DNA from: an uncultured Candidatus Rokubacteria bacterium
GTDB taxonomy: Bacteria > Methylomirabilota > Methylomirabilia > Rokubacteriales > DASRDR01
DNA: 64,000 bases
Assembly (NCBI GenBank): GCA_963708025.1
Contig: CAVPSB010000016.1
Span: 128,001 to 192,000 of the forward strand
Direction of reading: 5' to 3'
How positions within the stretch are numbered: the first letter of the stretch is position 1; each line of letters starts with the position of its first letter. Shown here one piece after another: positions 32,691-42,310 of this stretch. The notes beneath the pieces were generated by a model, which saw nothing but the letters and a program-made list of their open reading frames with translations, ran no database searches and was not told the origin of the DNA. The position numbers and the translations under genes were made by a program.

Positions 32691-32789
32691 CGCGCGCCTG
32701 CGGCCGGTCGGCGTCCGGGTCAGCCCGGCGCCGGCCGGACCCGCCCCGACTAGTCGGCGTGGGCCGGCGAGCCTCGGGGGTTCATACTC

Positions 32790-32805
32790 TGGCACCGGCT
32801 GTGCT
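32790..32805 (+). promoter_or_regulatory. Sigma-54 (-24/-12) promoter candidate
   Basis: TGGCACCGGCTGTGCT (GG-N10-GC), about 195 nt upstream of the FN3 gene. Confidence 0.55.
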
Positions 32806-33000
32806 CCACATCGTTCACAGTCGTCCGGCAGCAATCCGATTTACTGACGGGGGACACGCGCCGCCCGTTACGTGGACCAAACGGCGGCTGACCATTCCGC
32901 TCGCACCGGTCCGGTAGTACGGCGTACGCCAACGCTGTGGCAGTAGCAGAAGGGTTCTGGGCGCGCCACCGGCTTATGCGGGTTCCAAAAGGGGGGGATC

Positions 33001-34032
33001 GTGCTCACTATCAGGCCTCGATTTGTCCGCCTGGAGCCGTGGTTGGTGTTGCTCGCGCTTGTGGTGGCCCCCGGCCCCGCGATGGGTGCTCAGCTCACGC
33101 TCAATTGGACCGACAACGCAAGCAATGAGAGCGGCTACCGGGTGGAGCGGAAAATCGGCAGCGGCGGCAGCTACGGTGAGATCGCAGTCCTTGCCGCTAA
33201 CAGTACGGGCTACACAGATCCCAACCTTGCGGCGTCCACGACGTACTGCTACCGCGTGCGCGCCTTCAACGCGGCGGGCGTGTCCGGCTACTCCAACGAA
33301 GCGTGTGCGACGACGGCCCAGAGCATGCTCAACCTCACGGCAACCAAATCCGGTACCGGCAGCGGTACCGTCAGCAGCTCGCCAGGTGGCATCAACTGCG
33401 GGAGCGACTGTACCGAAGCCTTCCTGAGCGGTAGTGTCGTGACACTCACGGCAGCACCGAGCGCGGGCTCCCGGTTCGATGGGTGGAGCGGTGGGGGGTG
33501 CGCAGGTACGGGACCGTGCATGCTGAGCGGCAACGCGAGCCTAAAGGTCATCGCCACCTTCAACCCAACGGGGAGCACGACGTATCAGGCGCAGGCGGAC
33601 TTCTCGCTGGTGCAGGGGCAGCGCGGCTGGTCCTATCTGGCTTCCACCGGGGCCCTGCTCACCCCCGACGCCGCGGCCCAGTTGTGGCGGGGCGCCGCCC
33701 CGTATGTGATGCTCTGGAGCAGTGGGTGGCACCCGGGCAGCACGATCGATGTGGTGCGCCGCTGGACGGCGCCGCAGGGTGGCAGGGCGCGGATCACGGG
33801 GACGGCGCGGGACCTTGATGCGGGTGGAGGCAATGGGGTCGTGGTGCTCATCCGCCACGGGGCGACTGTGATCTGGCAGGCGACGATCAACAACGGCAAC
33901 ACCACTGGGGTGGCGTTCGACGTGACGGTGGCGATTCGCCAGGGGGAAAGGCTCGACTTTGTCATCAACAGCCGGGCGGACAACTCCAATGACTCCACGT
34001 TCTTCAACCCCACGATCACCCTGACCCCCTGA
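33001..34032 (+). CDS. Secreted FN3 + InlB-B-like repeat protein
   Basis: Signal peptide; LNWTDNASNESGY...YCYRVRAFN; GTGSGTVSSSPGGINCG...FDGWSGGGC. Confidence 0.82.
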   Translation: MLTIRPRFVRLEPWLVLLALVVAPGPAMGAQLTLNWTDNASNESGYRVERKIGSGGSYGEIAVLAANSTGYTDPNLAASTTYCYRVRAFNAAGVSGYSNEACATTAQSMLNLTATKSGTGSGTVSSSPGGINCGSDCTEAFLSGSVVTLTAAPSAGSRFDGWSGGGCAGTGPCMLSGNASLKVIATFNPTGSTTYQAQADFSLVQGQRGWSYLASTGALLTPDAAAQLWRGAAPYVMLWSSGWHPGSTIDVVRRWTAPQGGRARITGTARDLDAGGGNGVVVLIRHGATVIWQATINNGNTTGVAFDVTVAIRQGERLDFVINSRADNSNDSTFFNPTITLTP

Positions 34033-34749
34033 ACTCCACAGGGCCCGACACGACGTCGCTTGCGCCGCGGGACGAGACCCCGCCCGGTATGCTTCTCCAT
34101 GGCGCGTTCCTCCGGTGGCCGTCCTTGTAGGCGGCCGGTCTCGGGTTGACCCGGCCGGTGAGCCGATCGTGAGGAGATGGCCCGCGGCCGGCGTCAGCCC
34201 ACGCGACCGCCTGGCCGGGACGCCAGGCCGGCGCGCCGTCAGGCGGCGTCGTCCCCGACCCGGGGACGCGCGCGGCTAGGAGCGCTTCTCGACACAATCG
34301 TCCTCCGTGAAGACGTGATCGAGATGCATGGCGTGCTGCCCGGGCGCTGGACACCGCCAACCCAGGAGCATAATCGTCCGCGGCATCGAGATGCTCCGGC
34401 TGCTGGACGCCCTGGACGCCGCCTGGCAGGGCCGCGGCCAGGTGGTCCGTCTGCGGGCGCTACCGGAAGGGCCCGACCCCCGGCCCCTGACAGCCGGGGC
34501 TCGGGCCGGCCCGATGGTATGCTCAGGGCCGTGAAGCGCCGTCTCTCTCCATCCGAGGCGTTCCGGGCCGAGCAGGCCGCCGAGCGCCTTGCCCGCGATG
34601 AACAGGGCATCATGTTGACTACCCTCGCGACGGCGGTTCGTCGTGTGCCGAGGCCTGCTCCGGACGCTGCTCGCGGGCTACGCGGGCCTGACCCCGGAGC
34701 AGCTCGCGTTCTCGTACGGCCCCGAAGGCCGACCACACGGTAAAGGAAC

Positions 34750-36144
34750 GTGACTCGACAGCGCGTCGTGGTGCTGGGCGTGGACTCCCTGGACCTCGAG
34801 CTCACGAAGACGTGGGCCCGCGCCGGCGACATGCCGACCTTCGCGAAGCTTCTCCAAACGACCTTCCGGGGTTCGGTCAACAATCCGCTCGGGCTCGAAG
34901 CCGGTAGCGTCTGGCCGACCTTCACGACCGGCGCCATGCCCGACGAGCACGGCCAGTTCGACGGACCCTACAAGTTCGACACGGAAACCTACGAGGTCCG
35001 TCTCCTGAGTCCGGCCGAACGTGCCGGAGAGCCATTCTGGGTCGCGGCATCCAAGGCGGGCCGCCGCGTCGCAGTCGTCGATGTTCCCTATGCCATGCTG
35101 GAGGACGAGATCAATGGCGTCCAGATTGTCAACTGGCTGACCCACGTTCGGACGCAGCCCGAAGGCTTCGCCTCGCGGCCAGCCGGCGCTGCACCCCAGA
35201 TCGCCGCGAAGTACGGGGTCAACCCGTTCGCTGGCTCGAACCGGTGTCCGACCAACGACGTTGCGGTCAACACAGCCGGCGCCATCGTCGCCTTTCGCGA
35301 CCAGCTCATCGATCGGGTCGCTCGGAAGGAAGCGCTCTGCCGAGAGGTGCTGGCCCAGGAGCCGTGGGATTTCTTCATAGCCGTGTTTCACGATGCGCAC
35401 GATATGGGGCACATGTGCTGGCACGTTCACGACGCGACTCATGAGCGTCATGATCCGGCGATTGCAGCGCGGGTGGGCGATCCGCTGCGTGCCGTCTACG
35501 CGGCTATCGATGCGAGCATCGGCCGCCTACTGAACGTGATCGACGACGACGCAACGGTCATCGTCTACTCCAGCCACGGCATGGGCCCGGAGCGAACCGC
35601 GACCCGATTCCTCGACGATCTGCTCCTCAAGATCGAGGAGTCCTATGAGGGCCCGACCGCTCCGCCCGCACCACGGAGTTGGGGTGACCGTATTGTGCCC
35701 TTCTACCGGGCGTTGGTTCCCCGCCCAATTCGGCGTCAGCTCCTCAAGACTACCCCGATGGCGTGGGCCTATCGGCATCGTCATACCGAACAGCTCAAGC
35801 GGCGTCGCTTCTTCGAGCTCGCGGCGAACCACGCCACGGGCGGCGTGCGCTTCAATCTGAGAGGGCGCGAGCGCTGCGGCCGGGTTGCGCCGGGCCGCGA
35901 CTTCGAGAGACTCTCCGACCGGCTCGCCGAGGATCTCCTGCGGATCGTCAACCTCGGAACGGGCCAGCCGCTGATCGAGTCCGTGGTCAAGACATCGGAC
36001 CTGTCATGGGGCTCGAACGCCACACTTCTTCGAAACCGACGGTCCCCGAGTAGAGGACCAGGGAAATCGCCGGCGCCGCACCGCGGCGGGCCGCGAGCCA
36101 GTCGAGGAACGGAAGATCGGGGAGGAGGCCATCGGCGACGATGA
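34750..36144 (+). CDS. Alkaline phosphatase superfamily / nucleotide pyrophosphatase-like protein, probably 3'-truncated
   Basis: VVVLGVDSLD, WPTFTTG, HGQF, HDMGH, SSHGMG, RFNLRGRE. Reads as non-conserved sequence after about 36010. Confidence 0.8.
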   Translation: MTRQRVVVLGVDSLDLELTKTWARAGDMPTFAKLLQTTFRGSVNNPLGLEAGSVWPTFTTGAMPDEHGQFDGPYKFDTETYEVRLLSPAERAGEPFWVAASKAGRRVAVVDVPYAMLEDEINGVQIVNWLTHVRTQPEGFASRPAGAAPQIAAKYGVNPFAGSNRCPTNDVAVNTAGAIVAFRDQLIDRVARKEALCREVLAQEPWDFFIAVFHDAHDMGHMCWHVHDATHERHDPAIAARVGDPLRAVYAAIDASIGRLLNVIDDDATVIVYSSHGMGPERTATRFLDDLLLKIEESYEGPTAPPAPRSWGDRIVPFYRALVPRPIRRQLLKTTPMAWAYRHRHTEQLKRRRFFELAANHATGGVRFNLRGRERCGRVAPGRDFERLSDRLAEDLLRIVNLGTGQPLIESVVKTSDLSWGSNATLLRNRRSPSRGPGKSPAPHRGGPRASRGTEDRGGGHRRR

Positions 36145-36159
36145 CCGCCTCGCCTGGCG

Positions 36160-37434
36160 TCACCCGTCGGGCCCGAGCATGTCCCGCAGTGCATTCACCA
36201 GCTGGTTGTCGCTCCAGCGCCACAGGCGGTCGGGATGCTCCTCGACGTCGACCCGCTGGTTCCATGACAGGTCGTCCCGGAAGGCGCCGATCGCGTGAGC
36301 CGCGACCGACCAGAGGGCGAGCGCCAGGAAGGTGGCCTGCCATGCCCGGCGGCGCATCACCATGGGGGCGAGTGGAACGAGACACAACGCGAGAATCGGC
36401 GTGAGGTCGGCCAGCAGGCGCGGGCCGTAGGTCCACCCGCCCCACCACTTGGCCCACTTGCCGTACATCAGGACGGTCAGAACGACCCCGACGCTCAGCG
36501 CGCGCAGCAGCGGGTCTCCCCCGCGTCGCCAGGCGGACGCGAAGCCCACCGCCGAGAGGATAAAAACCGGCGAGTACACGAGGAGCCCCCGTCCCGGGCT
36601 CAGCAGGACCCCGGTGAGCCCCTCCCACAGAGGGGTCCGCCACAACGATGGCTCGAAGAGGGGCAGCTGCGTGTGAAGGGGACGGCCGAAGTAGACGGTG
36701 TTGTACCACAGGTGGAAGAGCACGCACGGTACTCCGCCGAGAGCGAACACCCAGGCCTGAGCGAGGTGGTACCGCAGGACGTAGACCAGGAGGGGCACCG
36801 CGAGCACGATGTCGGGCGGCCGGGCGAGCACGGCAAACGACAGCGGAAACCCGGCCACGCCCACCCAGCCGGGCTCCGTCCGCCCCCGCACGAGGCAATA
36901 CAGGGTGGTCGCCAGCGCCAGCTGGCTCGGGCCATGCTGCCAGAGCGCCTGGCTGCTGACGCTCAGACTGCTCGTGCCCAGCCCGTAGACCGCGACGATC
37001 GCGACGGCGACCCGCCGGCTCGTCAGCCTCAGGAGAACGAGATAGAGGGCGACGGCCGACAGCGCCACGATGATGGCGGCCGAGAGCTTCTCCTGCTCCG
37101 CCATGCCGGGACTCTCCGGGCTGATTCCCAGCAAGACCGCCGGCACATAGATCGGCAGCGCCACCAGCGCCACCCCCACCGGGTACCACGACACGTAGTG
37201 CCCTTTGGCCTGGACGATGTAGTACGGCAGGCCCCCGATCCGCCCGCCCGGCGCCCTCTCGTCGAAGAGGAAGGGAAACGCATCGAGATGGAAGGTGCCC
37301 CCCCGGAGGATGCTGAGAGGCAGGTAGCGGGCCGGCAGCGTGTCCCCGGTCGCGATCGTTCTCCCGTTGGCCAGGTAGACTCCCACGAGCACGAAGAAGA
37401 TGACGGCAACCTCCGCCAGGCCCCTGATCTTCAA
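36160..37434 (-). CDS. Polytopic membrane protein, GT-C glycosyltransferase-like
   Basis: GDT, SWYPVG, SQALWQHG, SPGRGLLVYSP, WWGGWTYGPRLL; many hydrophobic segments. Confidence 0.7.
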   Translation of the reverse strand: MKIRGLAEVAVIFFVLVGVYLANGRTIATGDTLPARYLPLSILRGGTFHLDAFPFLFDERAPGGRIGGLPYYIVQAKGHYVSWYPVGVALVALPIYVPAVLLGISPESPGMAEQEKLSAAIIVALSAVALYLVLLRLTSRRVAVAIVAVYGLGTSSLSVSSQALWQHGPSQLALATTLYCLVRGRTEPGWVGVAGFPLSFAVLARPPDIVLAVPLLVYVLRYHLAQAWVFALGGVPCVLFHLWYNTVYFGRPLHTQLPLFEPSLWRTPLWEGLTGVLLSPGRGLLVYSPVFILSAVGFASAWRRGGDPLLRALSVGVVLTVLMYGKWAKWWGGWTYGPRLLADLTPILALCLVPLAPMVMRRRAWQATFLALALWSVAAHAIGAFRDDLSWNQRVDVEEHPDRLWRWSDNQLVNALRDMLGPDG

Positions 37435-37817
37435 CGCCGGAACAGGAAGCGGGCGAAGAACGGGCGGTTCCGGGCGACCAGCCGGTAGCCGGCCTCAACC
37501 GCCCAGACGAGCGGCGGGACGCGGAGGACGCGGCCCAGGCGCGGGAAGCCGATCCGCTCGAGGATGAACAGGCTGGCCCGGCCGGCCGCGAGCAGCGTGC
37601 CGTCGGGGCCGAGGACGTGGACGGCGCGCGCGCAGCGCTCGGCCAGGGCGTCGGTCATCGGCGGGCGCGGGGCCTCCTGGTAGGGCACGGCCTCGAAGAC
37701 GTCATCCCGATCCCGTCGCTTGACCCAAGCGACCGACCGCCGTCAGAACCCTCACCCGCCGTCCCAGAAGAGCCAGTAGCGGCCGGGACGCCCCGGCGCG
37801 GGGACCGCCGGGCTCAC
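37431..37817 (-). CDS. DCC1/DUF393 thiol-disulfide oxidoreductase with two in-frame TGA codons at the CxxC cysteines (candidate UxxU selenoprotein)
   Basis: GTG at 37817 ...YWLFWDGG-TGA-GF-TGA-RRSVAWVKRRDRDDVFEAVPYQ...AVHV...GYRLVARNR, all in one frame. TGAs at 37754-37752 and 37745-37743. Confidence 0.85.
37708..37739 (-). promoter_or_regulatory. Bacterial SECIS-like hairpin
   Basis: CGGUC-G-GUCGCUU-[GGGUC]-AAGCGAC-GG-GAUCG, starting 3 nt after the second UGA; G-first apical loop. Confidence 0.7.
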
Positions 37818-38080
37818 GGGAAGACGCGCTTCCCCGCTCTCCTCAGGGCGTGAACCAATACCGGCGACTCCCATTCCCGCCATCCATGCCGGAGGCCCCC
37901 GTCCCCGCCGCCCGGCTCCCACTCCGACCGCCGATCGGCTTCTCGCAACGCTCTGCTCCCCCCAAGCGGCCGTGGCGTTCCGCTTCGAGCCGCGGCCCAA
38001 AGGCCGAAGGCCGTCCAACAGTCGCGGCCTCCGAGGGGGGGGGCATCGGGGGGGTCTTGGAAGACCCCCCCGAAAAGTCC

Positions 38081-38422
38081 TCAGGGCAGGAACTCGTTGG
38101 GCTGCTCGAAGATCCCGAGCCCGATGCACCCCTCGGGCGACCACGCGCTGTGGATCGAGCCCGGCCGGCGCCACACGAAGTTCCCCGCCGTGCAGGCGCC
38201 GTCCTCGTCCACCAGCGAGCCCTCCAGGATGAAGCTCTGCTCGAGGCCGACGTGGCGGTGGCGGGGCAGCCGCGCGCCGGGCTCCATCCGCGTGAGCACG
38301 GTGCGCCGGCCCGAGGCGTCCTGGTAGAGCACCTTGTTCCAGACCCCGGGGAACGGGGTCGGCTCCCAGTCCATCCCGGCGACGTCCACGTAGGTCGAGC
38401 GCTCGGTCTCGTTCAGGATCAT
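38081..38422 (-). CDS. ChrR-like cupin domain protein
   Basis: WEPTPFPGV, PGARLPRHRHVGLEQSFILEGS, PGSIHSAWS. Confidence 0.85.
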   Translation of the reverse strand: MILNETERSTYVDVAGMDWEPTPFPGVWNKVLYQDASGRRTVLTRMEPGARLPRHRHVGLEQSFILEGSLVDEDGACTAGNFVWRRPGSIHSAWSPEGCIGLGIFEQPNEFLP

Positions 38423-38766
38423 CGACTGTCCTCCTCTTGCGCTCCGCCGATGTACTGGCCGAGGAGCATGATCCGATCGCCCTCGAGCAGCTCGGAGTCG
38501 AGGTCGTGGCTCACCCCGAGGACGGCGTTGTTCACCATGACCTCGATGTTGTCGCCGATCTCCCGGGAGCTCTTCGGATCCCAGAGCGCCCCGGCCAGCG
38601 CCGGGTTGCGCTCGCTGACCTGGCGGAGGACCGAGCGAACCGTCGCGCCGCGCGGCGCCTCCTCGGTCAGCGTCACCTCGCCGGTGCCGGGGCCGCCGAC
38701 GAACCGGTTGACCCAGGAAAGCACCTCGACCCGGACGCGGATGGTCGCGCCGGGCGGGGCCGTCAC
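38419..38766 (-). CDS. moaD: MoaD/ThiS family sulfur carrier with a C-terminal extension after GG
   Basis: GATVRSVL, VMVNN, LLEGDRIMLLGQYIGG-AQEEDSR. Start uncertain. Confidence 0.7.
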   Translation of the reverse strand: MTAPPGATIRVRVEVLSWVNRFVGGPGTGEVTLTEEAPRGATVRSVLRQVSERNPALAGALWDPKSSREIGDNIEVMVNNAVLGVSHDLDSELLEGDRIMLLGQYIGGAQEEDSR

Positions 38767-38919
38767 TTCCGCGCGCTGTCGTCCTTCAGGAGGGGGAGTC
38801 CCAACCATCAGATCGCCTGGACGCCTCGGGCCTGCGGCTCTCGGGACGTCCGGCCCCTCCGGTGGTCCCCCTCCTGGACCTCCCCCACCTGGGGGTCGAA
38901 CGGTCATGGCAGACCCTGA

Positions 38920-40860
38920 TCACCTCGGGCCCTGCGGCTTCCCATCGCCCCACACGGCCGGAATCATCCATTCGAGCCCCAGCGCCTGCAGGGTCTCCCG
39001 CTTGGGCCGGCCGGTCGGCCGGTCGTAGCCCATGCCGTCGTACCAGACGTCGAGCATGTGGTCCCAGTGCTTCTCGACCGACTGACCCTTGGCGGGTCCG
39101 TCCACCGGGATCGAGCCGTAGCGCTTGGAGGGCCGCTCCAGCTCCGGCCCGACGCCGGACCGGATGTTGAAGGCGCGGAGCATCGCGCCGATGCGCCGGC
39201 CGAACCGGAACGCCTCGTCCCGCGTGTACTCCCAGCCGGTGGCGGCCGACAGCGCGCGGCACAGGTTCTCGAACGTCGTCCGCGTCGTGAAGATGCAGGC
39301 GCCGAGCGAGTCCTCGAAGTGCCGGCGCCCGTTGAGGGCGGCCGTCTGCCGCGCCACCTGGTCGGGATCGAACGGGTTGATCCGGGCCGGGAGGCCCAGC
39401 TCGGTCGGGTGGACGGGCGGGCCGGTCTCGAGCGTCCCCGTCGAGCCGGTGCAGGTGTCCAGCATCTCGTCCCAGCGCGCGCGGTGGTCGTGGCCGCGGG
39501 GCGAGGCGTTCTTCCCGGTGTAGATCGCGCACTCGGCGGCGCCCCCGCCCAGCCGCTCGGCGGCGAGCTTGACGCCTTCGGCCAGCAGGTCGCCCAGACC
39601 CTCCCGCCGGTTGATCAGCTGGAGCAGGCGATTCGCCCCCTCGGCGTCCCCCCACGGGAGGGCGAAGCCGAGCTGCCGCTCGGTGATGTAACCCTTCTCC
39701 ACGCACTCCATCACCCAGCCGCAGAGCCAGCCGAACTCGTTGACGTCCACGCAGGCCCGGTCGAGCTGGGTGTTGAGCCAGGAGACGGCGACCGGGTCCG
39801 TGCAGCCGATCGTCCAGCCGGCGCCGGACCAGCCCTCGTACTCCGGCTCGTCGACGATGTCGCCCCGGTGCGGGCCGGTCGGGAGCACCTGCATGTGGCA
39901 GTGGTGCATGCCGCAGGAGCTGCACTGGTGGCCGCGATGGTCGAAGCCCTGCCGGAGCGCGGGCGCCTCCCACTTCTTCATGTCCACGTCGGGCGGGGCC
40001 ACGCTGGTGGTGTAGTTCTTGATCGGGAGCGCCCCGAGCCCGTGGAGGTTGACCACGCCCGGGAGCGTCCCGTACTCGTACAGCGTGCGGGCGGCCGGGT
40101 TGGTGCGGAGGTCGTAGGAGATCTCGTCCGCGGCCGCGTAGACCCCGCGGGGATCGACGGCGCGGATCGCACGGGTGCCCCGGACGATGGCGACCGCCTT
40201 CAGGCGCTTCTTCCCCATCACCGCGCCCACGCCGTTCTTGGAGGCGACGTGGCCATAGTCGCCCTGGATGGCGGCGAACCGGACCAGCGTCTCGCCGGCC
40301 GGGCCGATCGAGTAGACGGAGAGCATGTGGCCCTTCCATCCGAGCTCGGCGGAGAGCGCGTCCTGCGTCTCCCACGTGTCCTGGCCGAGGAGGTGGCTCG
40401 CGTCGCGGAGCTCGACGCGGTCGTCGTGGATCAGGAGGTAGACCCACCGCGGCGCCTGGCCCTGGAGGACGATGGCGTCGTAGCCGGAGAACTTCAGGTT
40501 GGCGCCGAAGAAGCCGTTGGCCTGGGTCGAGGTGGCTCCGTTGGTCATCGCCCCCCGGGTGATGACGGTGAGGCCGCCGGTCCCCCAGACCGGCAGGCCC
40601 GCGAACGGCCCGGTCGCCAGCACCAGCCGGTTGTCCGGGTGATCCCAGCCGACCTCGGGCGGCACCTCCTCCCACAGCACCTTCGCCCCCACCCCGACGC
40701 CGCCGAGGTAGAAGCGCATCTCGGCGGGCGTCCACGGCTGGCTCCAGATCCGCCCGGTGGTCAGGTCGACCCGCAAGAGCTTGCCCGCGTAGGCGCCGGG
40801 AAGCTCGGCCTGGGGTGCCGCTCCGCCCTCGCTGCGCGCCATCGTACCGGCCTGCGCCAT
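38920..40860 (-). CDS. aor: Aldehyde:ferredoxin oxidoreductase family (tungstopterin) subunit
   Basis: GKLLRVDL, YLGGVG, GYDAIV, IGPAGE, GVGAVMGKKRLKA, CSSCGMHHC, EPEYE, DSLGAC, YDGMGYD. Confidence 0.92.
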   Translation of the reverse strand: MAQAGTMARSEGGAAPQAELPGAYAGKLLRVDLTTGRIWSQPWTPAEMRFYLGGVGVGAKVLWEEVPPEVGWDHPDNRLVLATGPFAGLPVWGTGGLTVITRGAMTNGATSTQANGFFGANLKFSGYDAIVLQGQAPRWVYLLIHDDRVELRDASHLLGQDTWETQDALSAELGWKGHMLSVYSIGPAGETLVRFAAIQGDYGHVASKNGVGAVMGKKRLKAVAIVRGTRAIRAVDPRGVYAAADEISYDLRTNPAARTLYEYGTLPGVVNLHGLGALPIKNYTTSVAPPDVDMKKWEAPALRQGFDHRGHQCSSCGMHHCHMQVLPTGPHRGDIVDEPEYEGWSGAGWTIGCTDPVAVSWLNTQLDRACVDVNEFGWLCGWVMECVEKGYITERQLGFALPWGDAEGANRLLQLINRREGLGDLLAEGVKLAAERLGGGAAECAIYTGKNASPRGHDHRARWDEMLDTCTGSTGTLETGPPVHPTELGLPARINPFDPDQVARQTAALNGRRHFEDSLGACIFTTRTTFENLCRALSAATGWEYTRDEAFRFGRRIGAMLRAFNIRSGVGPELERPSKRYGSIPVDGPAKGQSVEKHWDHMLDVWYDGMGYDRPTGRPKRETLQALGLEWMIPAVWGDGKPQGPR

Positions 40861-40870
40861 GCTCTCTCCT

Positions 40871-40976
40871 TTCGGGACCTCCCGCCTACCCGATCCTTCG
40901 CGGCCTTCGGCCTTGGCCTCCCCCACCCACCGGGGGGAGGGGGGAGCCGGAGGCACGCGGTTCCTCGACATGCTCT
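40871..40976 (-). repeat. Intergenic G/C-tract repeat, copy B
   Basis: CCCCCTCCCCCCGGTGGGTGGGGGAGG core, a GGCCGAAGGCC module and the GGTAGGCGGGAGGTCCCGA end. Confidence 0.85.
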
Positions 40977-42310
40977 CAGCCGCGCGTCGAGGCGACGACC
41001 GCCGGCGAGGCCGACGGCCGGCCCAGCACGGTCTCGGGCAGGAGCCGCGCCGTCGTCCGCGAGGCGATGTAGGCGGTCTTGACGTCGAACGGATTCCGGC
41101 GGAGGTGCTCCTTCCATTTCCCGAGCGCGATGCCCGTCTGGACGAGCCCCTTCAGCATCCCGACGTCGTTCGTCGTCCAGACGTCCTCGGCCCGGCCGAG
41201 GATCATCGCCCCCGTGAGCCGGTCGCCGTGCCACAGGAGCTTCCGGTAGGCCGGCCGGTCGGGATGGACGGCGGCGAAGATCTCGGCCTGCCCGTCGTCC
41301 CAGCGGCCGAAGCTCGCCACGTCGAGGTGGCAGACCTCCACGATGTTCATGAGGAGGCTGCCGCGGTAGGCGACGGCGCGCCCCGCCATGTTGGCCCCGA
41401 CCACCCGGCCGTGCTCCATCGCCGTCGGCTCGATGGCGTGCACGTCGGGGTGGCCGGTCACCAGGTCGCGCCCCTCGGCGACGTCGCCCGCCGCGTAGAC
41501 GGTCGCCACGCTCGAGCGGAGGTGCTCGTCCACCAGGACGCCGCGGTTCACCGGGATCCCCGAGCCCCGCAGCCACTCGAGGTTCGGCCGGATGCCCGTC
41601 GCCATGATGACGACGTCGGCGTCGAGATCGCCCCCCGATTCCAGCGTGAGCCGCCGCTTGCCCCCCACCGGCTCGATGGCCTTGATCGTCACGCCCGTCC
41701 GGACCTCCACCCCGTGCTGGCGGAGCCACGCCTCCACGATCCCGGCGCCGTCCCGGTCGATCATCCGCGGCAGGATCTGCGGGGCGATCTCGACGATGGT
41801 GAGGCGAGCGCCGAGCGACAGGATGGCGTTGAGGATGGTGAAGGCGATGAAGCCGGCCCCCACCATGACGACGTGGCTGCCCGGCCGGATCTCGGCGACG
41901 ACACGGCGGGCCTGCTCCAGCGTCCAGAAGCTGTGGACGCCGGCGCCGTCGGCCCCCGGGATCGGCGGCCGCACCGCCGAGGAGCCGGTGGCGATCAGGA
42001 GGTCGTCGTACTCCACGACCGTGTCGTCGTCCAGCGTCAGCTTGCCGGCCCTCGGGTCGAGCCCGACGGCCCGCCGGCCCAGGTGCGGCTTGACGCCGAG
42101 CTGGGCGAGCCGCCCGGGTGTGGCCGTGAAGACGTGGGATTCGGCGATCGTGCGGCCGAGGTAGTACGGCAGGACCATCCGGGAGTACGGCCGCTCGGCC
42201 GAGACCAGCGTGATGTCGGACGGCTCGTCCCGCGGCTCGAGCTGGCGGATGGTGGTGATGGCGTTGTGCCCGGCGGTGCCGCCGCCGACGATGACGTGGC
42301 GCCGGGGCAT
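40976..42310 (-). CDS. FAD/NAD-dependent oxidoreductase (AorC / rubredoxin reductase-like)
   Basis: VIVGGGTAG, LLIATGS, VGAGFI, ATGIRPN, YAAGDVAE. Confidence 0.9.
   Translation of the reverse strand: MPRRHVIVGGGTAGHNAITTIRQLEPRDEPSDITLVSAERPYSRMVLPYYLGRTIAESHVFTATPGRLAQLGVKPHLGRRAVGLDPRAGKLTLDDDTVVEYDDLLIATGSSAVRPPIPGADGAGVHSFWTLEQARRVVAEIRPGSHVVMVGAGFIAFTILNAILSLGARLTIVEIAPQILPRMIDRDGAGIVEAWLRQHGVEVRTGVTIKAIEPVGGKRRLTLESGGDLDADVVIMATGIRPNLEWLRGSGIPVNRGVLVDEHLRSSVATVYAAGDVAEGRDLVTGHPDVHAIEPTAMEHGRVVGANMAGRAVAYRGSLLMNIVEVCHLDVASFGRWDDGQAEIFAAVHPDRPAYRKLLWHGDRLTGAMILGRAEDVWTTNDVGMLKGLVQTGIALGKWKEHLRRNPFDVKTAYIASRTTARLLPETVLGRPSASPAVVASTRG

Noticed and set aside
32816-33000. Riboswitch in the leader of the second FN3 gene
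   Set aside because: The leader is long, but I could not match it to any known motif by eye.
37743-37754. Genome-wide TGA reassignment (code 4 or 25) as the explanation for the in-frame TGAs
   Set aside because: Many intact genes in the window end at TGA at their expected C-termini.
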